From positions 248,001 through 312,000 of the forward strand of contig CBFFSA010000008.1 of NCBI GenBank assembly GCA_965644495.1: DNA of 64,000 nucleotides, given 5' to 3'. A program made the translations under genes and the position numbers. The notes under the pieces were generated by a model that did not search any database, was not told the DNA's origin, and saw only the letters and a list, made by a program, of their open reading frames with translations. Positions 1 through 9,244 of this stretch are shown one piece after another (position 1 is the first letter of the stretch; each line of letters starts with the position of its first letter). This DNA comes from Perkinsela sp. CCAP 1560/9. Lineage: Eukaryota; Protista; Euglenozoa: Kinetoplastea.

Positions 1-2832
1 TTCCTCGCATCCTCCGCCACATCCAACTCTCCGAGCTCCATCCCCGACCGCTCCCTCAACGCATCCCCCAGTCCTCTCACCACCGTATCCCCAACCACTC
101 TCGGAACCCACCACGCCCCCAGTCCTGTACGCTCCAACACGAGTTGTTGTAACGAACAAAACACACTATCCAGGACCAACGCCCTCACGATCCCACCCCC
201 TCCTTGCCCCCCCTCCCTCTCATCCCCCCCGTGCGGAGGACAGCCCCTCCCCTCCCCCCGTTCCCCCCCCCACCGGGCCGCGTACCTCACCGCGGTGGCT
301 GCGCCCATACTCCGCCCCCACAGCCCGACCCGATCCACCCCTTGCGCCCGCACGTACCCCACCACCGTCCCCAGGTCCCCCGCCTCGTGGTACCCCAGCG
401 TGACGAGGTCCCCCGTGCTGGCGCCGCAGCCCGCAAAGTCAAAGCAGAGGACCGTGAGGGGGTGGTGGGGGAGGAGGTGGGGGAGCAGCGCGGTGGCCTC
501 GCGGCGGGACCCCGCGTTGCCGTGGCAGTAGATCACACAGGGGAGGGAGCGGAAGGGAGGGGGGGGGAGTGGTAGTAGTCGTCGTACTCGTGTTACGCGG
601 GATGCTCGTAGTAGGGGTAGTACTCGTGTTACTCGGGATATTTGTAGTAGTAGTCGTACTCGTGTTACTCGGGATATTTGTAGTAGGGGTAGTACTCGTG
701 TTACTCGGGATATTTGCAGTAGGGGTAGTAGTCGTGTTACTCGGGATATTTGCAGTAGGGGTAGTACTCGTGTTACTCGGGATATTTGCAGTAGGGGTAG
801 TACTCGTGTTACTGGGGATATTTGCAGTAGGGGTAGTACTTGTGTTACTCGGGATATTTGTAGTAGGGGTAGTACTCGTGTTACTCGGGATATTTGTAGT
901 AGGGGTAGTACTCGTGTTACTCGGGATATTTGTAGTAGGGGTAGTACTTGTGTTACTGGGGATATTTGTAGTAGGGGTAGTACTCGTGTTACTCGGGATA
1001 TTTGCAGTAGGGGTAGTACTCGTGTTACTGGGGATATTTGCAGTAGGGGTAGTACTTGTGTTACTCGGGATATTTGTAGTAGGGGTAGTACTCGTGTTAC
1101 TCGGGATATTTGTAGTAGGGGTAGTACTCGTGTTACTCGGGATATTTGCAGTAGGGGTAGTACTTGTGTTACTCGGGATATTTGTAGTAGTAGTCGTACT
1201 CGTGTTACTGGGGATATTTGCGGTAGTAGTCGCACTCGTGTTACTCGGGATATTTGCAGTAGGGGTAGTACTCGTGTTACTCGGGATATTTGCAGTAGGG
1301 GTAGTACTTGTGTTACTCGGGATATTTGCAGTAGGGGTAGTACTCGTGTTACTCGGGATATTTGCAGTAGGGGTAGTACTCGTGTTACTCGGGATATTTG
1401 CAGTAGGGGTAGTACTTGTGTTACTCGGGATATTTGTAGTAGTAGTCGTACTCGTGTTACTGGGGATATTTGCGGTAGTAGTCGCACTCGTGTTACTCGG
1501 GATATTTGCAGTAGGGGTAGTACTCGTGTTACTCGGGATATTTGCAGTAGGGGTAGTACTTGTGTTACTCGGGATATTTGCAGTAGGGGTAGTACTCGTG
1601 TTACTCGGGATATTTGCAGTAGGGGTAGTACTCGTGTTACTCGGGATATTTGCAGTAGGGGTAGTACTTGTGTTACTCGGGATATTTGCAGTAGGGGTAG
1701 TACTCGTGTTACTCGGGATATTTGCAGTAGGGGTAGTACTCGTGTTACTCGGGATATTTGCAGTAGGGGTAGTACTTGTGTTACTCGGGATATTTGTAGT
1801 AGTAGTCGTACTCGTGTTACTGGGGATATTTGCGGTAGTAGTCGCACTCGTGTTACTCGGGATATTTGCAGTAGGGGTAGTACTCGTGTTACTCGGGATA
1901 TTTGCAGTAGGGGTAGTACTCGTGTTACTCGGGATATTTGCAGTAGGGGTAGTACTCGTGTTACTCGGGATATTTGCAGTAGGGGTAGTACTCGTGTTAC
2001 TCGGGATATTTGCAGTAGGGGTAGTACTTGTGTTACTCGGGATATTTGTAGTAGTAGTCGCACTCGTGTTACTCTGGATATTTGCAGTAGGGGTAGTACT
2101 CGTGTTACTCGGGATATTTGCAGTAGGGGTAGTACTCGTGTTACTCGGGATATTTGCAGTAGGGGTAGTACTTGTGTTACTCGGGATATTTGTAGTAGGG
2201 GTAGTACTTGTGTTACTGGGGATATTTGTAGTAGTAGTCGTACTCGTGTTACGCGGGATATTTGCAGTAGGGGTAGTACTTGTGTTACTCGGGATATTTG
2301 TAGTAGGGGTAGTACTTGTGTTACTGGGGATATTTGTAGTAGGGGTAGTACTTGTGTTACTCGGGATATTTGTAGTAGGGGTAGTACTCGTGTTACTCGG
2401 GATATTTGCAGTAGGGGTAGTACTCGTGTTGCTCGGGATGCTCGTAGTAGGGGTAGGAGGTGACGTTGTGGGAGGTGTCGTTGGGTTGTGAGTAGGATGA
2501 GGATGAGGGGTTGCATGAGGCGTTGTATTACGGGTTGTGTTACGCGTGACATGGGTATTAGTAGTAGTAGTTGTTGTTGTTGTTGTAGGAGGGGTAGGAT
2601 GATGAGTCGTGTCAGGAGTCGTCAGGGAGGAAGAAGAGGAAGGGGTGGAGTGATACCAGGAACAGGCGAGTGTGTGGCCGTGTGGGTTGGTGAGGGTAAA
2701 GTCAGTGCGGGTGTACGACTGGGGGGAGCCGGGGAGATGGAAGGTGGGAGGAGAGAGGTCGGTAAGGTCGTAGGTGGCTCGTGGGGGGCGTAGGATGAGG
2801 TTGCAGACGGTGTCGGTGATGGAGCGGAGCAT
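1..2832 (-). CDS. Alpha/beta hydrolase (ABHD17/YqkD-like) with a large Thr-rich repeat insertion; apparent frameshift near 559-567; runs off the left window edge
   Basis: The N-terminus LILRPPRATY...RTDFTLTNPHGHTLACSWY is in ORF 439-2832. The catalytic core CVIYCHGNAGSR...FDFAGCGASTGDLVTLGYHE...LWGRSMGAAT...LVLDS is read in the +1 frame from 539 and stays open to position 1. Confidence 0.85.
571..2455. repeat. Tandem array of ~52 x 36-bp units (gggatatttgcagtaggggtagtactcgtgttactc), encoding NIPSNTSTTPTA on the minus strand
   Basis: Directly visible. The unit anchor gggat occurs at 599 and 2435, which is 51 x 36 bp apart. Confidence 0.97.
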
Positions 2833-3323
2833 GGGGGAGGGGTGCGGAAGGTTGTGTAGGTGGGGATTGGTGGCCCCGGTTGTTGTGCTGCAAGATTAGT
2901 GACCGTGAGGCATAAGGATTGTTCTTTCTAAATATCTTGGGTGAGACAAATACTATTTTAGATTTAGATCATACAGTATTAAATTGAAGTATTACAGTTT
3001 ACAGATCAATAACGGATGAAATAAAAAATGTACCGAAGCAGAATTTACGGAGTCAGTGAACAAGCCAGAATTTTGTAGAAAAAACTTGTAATTACTCTTG
3101 AAGCTTGATGTACGAAACCCTCTAGTACATCTAGAAACGTTTTTTTAAAACGTTCGAACCCTTTTCATCGTTGAGCTCAAGTATCAAGCATTATTTTGGA
3201 ATAAAAAAGATACGATAGTTCATGGAATATCTGTGTCGTACTAGAAAGCCGAGAACGGAATAAGTAATAACTAAAGGGAATAATAGACAAACACATAACA
3301 ACCAACTAATTTCAAAAATTAGA

Positions 3324-4070
3324 TTACTCATCCAAACGGAGTTTCTTTACTTTTGGAGAGTTATCGTCGGAGCCCTCCTCGCTTTTTTCCTCATCAGATT
3401 CTTCGCTCTCAGTGTCATCCACAATAACGCTCTCCTTGCTAGAGGACTCACTGGACCCCATGTCATCTTCTGTAGTGGTATCGTCTTCCTCATCGCTCCC
3501 CACATCGGAGGAAGATGACGTGCTTTCCCCGTCAGAGTCTGCCACGTCGTGGTTTTCTCGATCCTTCCAGTTCAACACGGACAGAGACGGAAGAAAGCTC
3601 CATACGGCCTCGCGGAATCCGGGTAATGAGGCCAGTGGGTTTTCGTCTAAATCTAGGATTTCTAGCTGCGCGCACCCCCGCAGAGGTTCGAGAACCCGTT
3701 CTACTTGTTGCTGCGTATCTCCGCTGACATCGGAACCCAGACGGTTATTGCATATTTCCAGCTTCCGTAGCCCCGGAAAAATGGACGAAAAAGCGGAAGG
3801 TAGCGAAACAAGGGCGTTGTCGTTAAGATTCAGCTGAACAAGGTGAGGAAAACACAGAGAGGGCAAATCGCTAGGAATCTCGAGGGTTCGCAGAGAGGGC
3901 ACCATAGCTACAAAATCCAAGTTACGTAGGTGAGTATACGGTGCAAGGGTCTCGAATCCTAGAAATAGACCCCCGCAAAAGCTCAAATGAGGGACCTCCG
4001 TCGGAGGTTTAGTGAAAGCCTGTGCGTTCAGTTGACGAAGAGAGTATTCGCGTTGAGCGTCTTCAGACAT
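3324..4070 (-). CDS. Leucine-rich-repeat protein with acidic tail (ANP32/LANP-like)
   Basis: LRRs (LVQLNLNDNAL, LRKLEICNNRL, LEILDLDENPL), LRR cap FREAVWSFLPSLSVLN, D/E/S-rich tail and C-terminal KVKKLR NLS. First ATG at 4070. Confidence 0.75.
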   Translation of the reverse strand: MSEDAQREYSLRQLNAQAFTKPPTEVPHLSFCGGLFLGFETLAPYTHLRNLDFVAMVPSLRTLEIPSDLPSLCFPHLVQLNLNDNALVSLPSAFSSIFPGLRKLEICNNRLGSDVSGDTQQQVERVLEPLRGCAQLEILDLDENPLASLPGFREAVWSFLPSLSVLNWKDRENHDVADSDGESTSSSSDVGSDEEDDTTTEDDMGSSESSSKESVIVDDTESEESDEEKSEEGSDDNSPKVKKLRLDE

Positions 4071-4470
4071 GGCGAATAAAATTAAAATACGAAGGCGAAT
4101 GGTGCTTGAGTCGTAAAAAAAGAGTGTTTGCGCACTTGGTAAAAAACGCCTATAAGCCTTGAGCAAAACAGATATTCTACAAAATAAAATAAATAGGCTT
4201 AATCAAACGTGATAAAGTGGTGGACGGGTAAATTAAACGGATACGAGTCGCTAAGATGCGCTAAAGGTAATTCAATATCATAAATAAATTTAAAATTTAT
4301 TTTGTACGAAAGAGTCTCTCTGTGAGTTCCTATTGCATTAATAAAATAATTCAAGACTCAAGAATGTCTATCATTCCTTTCATACCTGGTGATTCAAGCA
4401 GTGGTACCAGGATTTTGCGTTTGACGACGGGTTGTTAACCGATAGATACTATCGATTATACGATCGGGTC

Positions 4471-5070
4471 CTACTCGTGTACGGCCCCAGCGGAGGGCTG
4501 TGTCACGGGATCGGTGGAAGACTGTGTAGGTACCTCCTCCCGTGGAGCCCGGGGTGGGGACGGAAATATTCCTTCCATGGACTCCTCTTGACCAGTGCCC
4601 CAGTCAATAGCGGATGTGCGTACGGTGGGATGCGTCAGCAAAACGTTGCGCCCAATGTGTTCAATCTCAATCGTTTTTGGCATCCCTGCGGTGCTGGGGT
4701 CCTCGTTAACATTGGCATACGCGACCTGTACCCAGTACCCTACCCGGACAAATTCCTGATCTCGGTAGTTCAGGGTGACGAGGAGTAGAGTGACCCCTAG
4801 GATATCCCACGCCGGAATTAGCTCCCAACGCGGTGGCGGGACTTGTGCGACAAATTCGTTAGTGCCAACTCGCAAAGGCCCAATAAGCAGCTCTTCCAGC
4901 TTCTGGTCGAACGCATTGCTCTCACAGGAGCCAACCCAGACGAAGCGAACCTCTAAGTCATCCGGAAGGTCTTCTAGCACATCAACAGTGATACGGAACT
5001 GAAAGCTTTCACTGTACATTGCAGGATTCGCACTCTGCAATTCGACCTCCTTTAATTGTATGGATGCCAT
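4471..5070 (-). CDS. ASF1: Histone chaperone ASF1
   Basis: NPA...FQFRIT...DLEVRFVWVGS...DQKLEELLIGP...GVTLLLVTLNYRDQEFVRVGYWV. Confidence 0.93.
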   Translation of the reverse strand: MASIQLKEVELQSANPAMYSESFQFRITVDVLEDLPDDLEVRFVWVGSCESNAFDQKLEELLIGPLRVGTNEFVAQVPPPRWELIPAWDILGVTLLLVTLNYRDQEFVRVGYWVQVAYANVNEDPSTAGMPKTIEIEHIGRNVLLTHPTVRTSAIDWGTGQEESMEGIFPSPPRAPREEVPTQSSTDPVTQPSAGAVHE

Positions 5071-5232
5071 CTTCAAAAAAATAAACCAAGATAAGGTAAA
5101 ATTATGAGTTCACATTTGCACAGATTTGTTCATAGATGTATGCCTTCCTTTTGTCATAATGCTTGCCATTTAAAACTCATAGAATACGCTGCTTTATACT
5201 ATATTTCACGCTCCTTTATACTTCGGCTTATA

Positions 5233-5834
5233 CTGTGACTCCACCCCCCTTAATATACACATGTTATGTGCATATAAACGTTTCTAAACGTTTGTGCATA
5301 TTAAAGGGGGAGCCCAAACATTTCGCGACGCTCTTTCTTTCCTTTCATACTATGAAAGGATTGTACACTATGACAATATAAATATAAATATACATATATG
5401 ACAATATATGTGGAAAATTGCATTTCCAAGCACCAATTGTACACTATGACATAGTACAATTGGTGCTTGGAAATGCATTTTTTTTTGGCAATACCTGTTG
5501 CCCCACTTGTATTGACGGTTTACTGAGTCTTTTACTTATTTTTTACGTGCCGAATGTTTCCTTTCATTCTACGAGCTCTATTAGTAAATATCGAGGAAGT
5601 CTGGCTACCAGTGACGATGGGGAAGAAGAGGACACGTCCGTTTCGATTACGTTGAAATGCATCAGAAAGTTTCTATTGGTAAAGAGCAGGATTGTTCCAC
5701 CACGGTTTAAAGAACTGCAACAACGCAAAACAAATTCAATTTTACCATGGGCTTCACTTCACGAACTTGCTCTATCCACAATTGTGCGCATATTAAACGG
5801 AGAGGGTGGGGTGTATATTAAATGGGGGTCACCG
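5233..5834. mobile_element. Degenerate non-autonomous element related to the 14450-17389 transposon
   Basis: The left end TA|ctgtgactccaccccccttaatatacac and the right end gtgtatattaaatgggggtcaccg resemble the 27-bp TIR. Subterminal tgtgcatattaaagggg motifs lie at ~5293 and ~5783. Confidence 0.65.
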
Positions 5835-5855
5835 AACTCTGATAAAGACACCATT

Positions 5856-6695
5856 TTATCCAGAGCTCCTCAACGCAAACATCCAAGCAGGGTATAACTC
5901 CCTTGGCCACGGAGATTGCAATCGTTGATACACAACACTTAATCCAGCTTTACTAAAAAGCTTTAAAAAGTGCTCGTGTGTTCGAACTATAGTGCTCTCG
6001 TCCATATCCACGTCATCATCTTCTCCCATGGCGACGTTGTCCTTAACAAAAATAAAAGGTTGACCTGTGTGAACAGCTGAAGACTCAAAAGAGTTCTCCA
6101 CATCATTTGAAATATCATTTTGATGCAACTCAGAATCACACAGCGCTTTGCGGCATTGCATAAAGAAGGTTACGAAATCTTGGTCTGTGAGTAGTAAAGA
6201 GACCCAATGCACCAGAACACAATTGTATCTACCACGCTCTAATTTCACATTCTGCAAAGACACTGGATAGCAATTCCCAATCCGCTCGCTGGGTACGCTT
6301 TTTTTAGCCTTTCGCAAAAACTGCTCGCACGGTTCCACTAAATCTATGATGTGATATTGTGACAACAGTAAAACTTCCGTCAGTCGTCCGATACCACACC
6401 CACAATCTATCGCAATCCCACGTTCCATTTGTCGTGTGCATACGGTACTCTTTTCAACGGTTTCTCTCAACACAGCCTTAGTTTCTTGTAGAAAACAGCG
6501 CGAGTCTATGACGTCCATGTTGTGTACATCTTCTCGCCCACCCAACATTCCGCTATTGGTAGGCTTTACTCTGTTCCAGTAGCGCAAACTGTTGCCGTAC
6601 CATTTCACTGAAAGGGAGACTTGGTTGTTATCTACATTTTTTTCCTGATTCTTCAGATTTCGATGCTCTGTATACCGACTCTCATTCGAATCCAT
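5856..6695 (-). CDS. NTMT1: Alpha-N-terminal protein methyltransferase (NTMT1/Tae1 family)
   Basis: WY...YW...GMLGG...D..DS..FL, SAM motif DCGCGIGR, DLVEP, VKDNV, D..ESTIVRT, P.ELYP..MFAL. Confidence 0.88.
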   Translation of the reverse strand: MDSNESRYTEHRNLKNQEKNVDNNQVSLSVKWYGNSLRYWNRVKPTNSGMLGGREDVHNMDVIDSRCFLQETKAVLRETVEKSTVCTRQMERGIAIDCGCGIGRLTEVLLLSQYHIIDLVEPCEQFLRKAKKSVPSERIGNCYPVSLQNVKLERGRYNCVLVHWVSLLLTDQDFVTFFMQCRKALCDSELHQNDISNDVENSFESSAVHTGQPFIFVKDNVAMGEDDDVDMDESTIVRTHEHFLKLFSKAGLSVVYQRLQSPWPRELYPAWMFALRSSG

Positions 6696-6964
6696 TTCTT
6701 CTCTCAACAGGTTTGTAGAATAGTTCTTTTAGAATAGTTCAATGTACAACTGTAGTGCCCATGCAGTGTAGACAAGACATACAGGACCGGACAGGACATA
6801 CTGTACACTTGTCCACAGATATTATACATGTATAATACTGAGGTAAGAAAGGCGTGTATATTAATACAGATGTTAACTTGATATGCGTTACTAGTACCTA
6901 GAAACTTCGGCCATGTAAAACACTGAAAGGTTGTAGAATAGATTGTAGAACGTCAAGGTTGCCT

Positions 6965-7384
6965 TCATTTTGTACGCTCTCTAGCGTGATGTCGCAGATA
7001 GTCATTATCTTTGGAGCGTTCCCAACGGTATTTGGCATCATCGGTTTGGCGAAAATGATCCTGTGTCATAATGGAATAGTTTCTCTCTAGGTTTCGAAGA
7101 CTCCAAGCATCTTGTCTGTTATCCAAATCGCCAAGCGATATCATACTATAAACTCCTGATCGCTTTCCACTTTCAACGGGTTCCGGTTTCAGTTCATATT
7201 CCCGATTTGAAAGGTGGCTCACGACAATATTTCCATAGACGCGGTGATGATAATAGTAAGCCAATCCACAAGTCGCAAACAAAGCAGCCCATCCTTTTAG
7301 TGGATTATGTTTAAACCACTCTGCTCGACGAAATAGCGACCGTTCAATCCTTCCACCTATTGGTACTCGTTTTAAATCAGTCAT
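6965..7384 (-). CDS. Hypothetical small single-TM protein (possibly mitochondrial)
   Basis: ORF on the cluster strand with one hydrophobic segment (GWAALFATCGLAYYY); no recognised family. Confidence 0.55.
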   Translation of the reverse strand: MTDLKRVPIGGRIERSLFRRAEWFKHNPLKGWAALFATCGLAYYYHHRVYGNIVVSHLSNREYELKPEPVESGKRSGVYSMISLGDLDNRQDAWSLRNLERNYSIMTQDHFRQTDDAKYRWERSKDNDYLRHHARERTK

Positions 7385-7569
7385 CAGTCGAGGCAAATCA
7401 CATAACGATATTTATAGACTCAATAAGAAAGAAAAGAATGACAGCTAACAAGAAAATATTGTCCCCCTTTTTACGTAAGTTACTTTCATCTACGCAACAT
7501 TACTTTCATTTATACATTCATCTTCGCATGATGCCAATTAAACACCAATCCGTAAGGGAAAAAGCCGAA

Positions 7570-8600
7570 AACTAGCTCATTTTCCCAGGGGTCTCTATGA
7601 AAAAAAGGCGGCAAAGCTCTTCGCTAGCGAAACGAGATCTCTCCAACGCTGCAAAAATGAGCAAAAGCGGTTAAAAAATTAAAATTTCCGCGGGGGGGGG
7701 GCAAGATCAACTGAAATCACTGTATCTAGAGAGTTTGGGACCTCAGCTACCATTCTACGACGCTTTTTCCGTCAGATGCGCCTCCTACCCCTACTGGTCA
7801 GGCTTCAAAAACGGCCCAAATTTGGGTTTAAAGTTCGGATTTTTGGCCTAAAAATCGAGCACCCAAAAAAAAATTAAATGCCTGATCATTTGGCAATTTT
7901 ACTTTTTTAGTCGCTTCGTTAAACGCGGAGGTAGTTTTCAACGCTAAGCGCAGCACGAGTGACTTCTGAGTTGAATACAACCACCGCGTTTAACGAAGCG
8001 ACTAAAAAAGATAAATTATTAACCAGGCTAAAGTGGACGAGGGAGACACTAAAGACACCTTTGGAAACAAACCTGGAACGGTATCTCCAGTTAAAGATCC
8101 TTTTGTCACATCAGAATGCTCTACAAACCGGGAGATACGGTTCCAGTTTTGTGGTAGTTTGCCAAAGGTGCATTTAGTATCTTCCTCGTCCACTTTAGCC
8201 TGGGTTACATAGCCATCGAAACATGCTCCCCAGGACTCCTTACAACTTCCCACGCGAGGAAGGCGTCGTCGCCCCGGCAAAAAGACAGAAGGCTCCGCCT
8301 TCTGCCTTTTCGCCTTGCGCCTCCTCCTTCCTCTACGGCCTAATCCCCGCCAAGTTTGGGACAAAAGCGAACAAAATCTTTGGCGACCAATTAATATAAG
8401 GTATCAGTTGTGTGTTAAAAAAGGTGTGTTAAAAGTGGTTTTATGGTAAGGTGTGAGGAGGGACCCCGCCCTCCATGGAAAGTGTAAAGTTGTTAAAGTT
8501 GGCCGATCTCGGTTCACGCGAGTGCAAAATTCGGGCAAAAAGCCGTCAAAATTTCTGACAAACAATTAATATACGGTAGCGAGGGAGTAGTATCTCCCTC
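7570..8600. other. Non-coding tract of consecutive long inverted repeats (fold-back element or structured RNA)
   Basis: Hairpins at 7902-8010 (27-bp perfect arm, ~41 bp total), 8023-8203 (20-bp perfect outer arm, ~65 bp total), 8279-8310 and 8581-8600, plus smaller palindromes. Confidence 0.8.
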
Positions 8601-8931
8601 AATAATTAACTCGAAGTCTTAGAGTTTCTGATGCATTCTCAAATTCAATTCTTTTTGTTCCCTTGTGAACATACAAGGGTTGGCTGTAAAATTATTAATC
8701 ACCGGGTAGAGATTAAACCAAGTAGAGTGGGTTGCCAGCGAATAACGTAGAAAACAGGACCAACGAGTTAGAGGTAGTGAACAACCAGTAAAAGCAATGA
8801 ACAACCAGTAAAGGAAACTTTAAGTTATAAGTGTCGAGACTAACAGACTAGGAATAGAAGACGAAAATGGGGAACAAAAAAAGAAATTTCTGACTGAGGA
8901 AAATATTATTTATGCAATTTAATTCGCTATT

Positions 8932-8970
8932 AAATTACCTATTACATTGGACCAATGTAATAGGTAATTT
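8932..8970. repeat. Perfect 19-bp palindrome with 1-nt spacer
   Basis: aaattacctattacattgg-a-ccaatgtaataggtaattt. Confidence 0.95.
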
Positions 8971-8988
8971 GGTTTTACCAATTTGGTA

Positions 8989-9175
8989 CGAAGTGCCCCC
9001 TATCTTAGAGTTGCTCCCCCCCCTATCCTAGAGTTGACTGGTTTTGGAAAAAAGCAACGCTAGGAGGGGGGGGTCAAAAGAAAAGACAAAATCGCCGCTT
9101 CACGGCAAGAGACAGTCTAAAATGCAACGCTAATGAGGGGGGGTACCGAGGCAACGCTAGGATATGGGGGAATAG
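8989..9175. mobile_element. Putative TA-flanked MITE with imperfect TIRs
   Basis: TA at 8987-8988 and 9176-9177. The left ccccctatcttagagttgc is an imperfect inverse of the right gcaacgctaggatatggggg. The motif gcaacgcta occurs 3x on the right and inverse-like twice on the left. Confidence 0.55.
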
Positions 9176-9244
9176 TATATTGTTCCCTTACGACAAACTA
9201 AAGAATACAGGAATAAGGAATACTGGCCGTATCATTATTATTAA

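Noticed and set aside
571-2455. 36-bp repeats as a CRISPR array
   Set aside because: Units are head-to-tail with no unique spacers, lie in frame within a eukaryotic CDS, and there are no cas genes.
569-2491. 640-aa plus-strand hydrophobic ORF (VVLVLLGIFAVG)n
   Set aside because: Antisense shadow of the repeat; wrong strand for the cluster and no ATG start.
3140-3170. GTTCGAA T-loop-like motifs (also near 53187) as tRNA genes
   Set aside because: No cloverleaf stems could be built around them.
5418-5897. 159-aa plus-strand ORF
   Set aside because: Non-ATG start, wrong strand, lies mostly within a decayed element, no motifs.
8002-8364. 120-aa minus-strand ORF in the hairpin tract
   Set aside because: No ATG, no recognisable domain, and it runs through inverted repeats.
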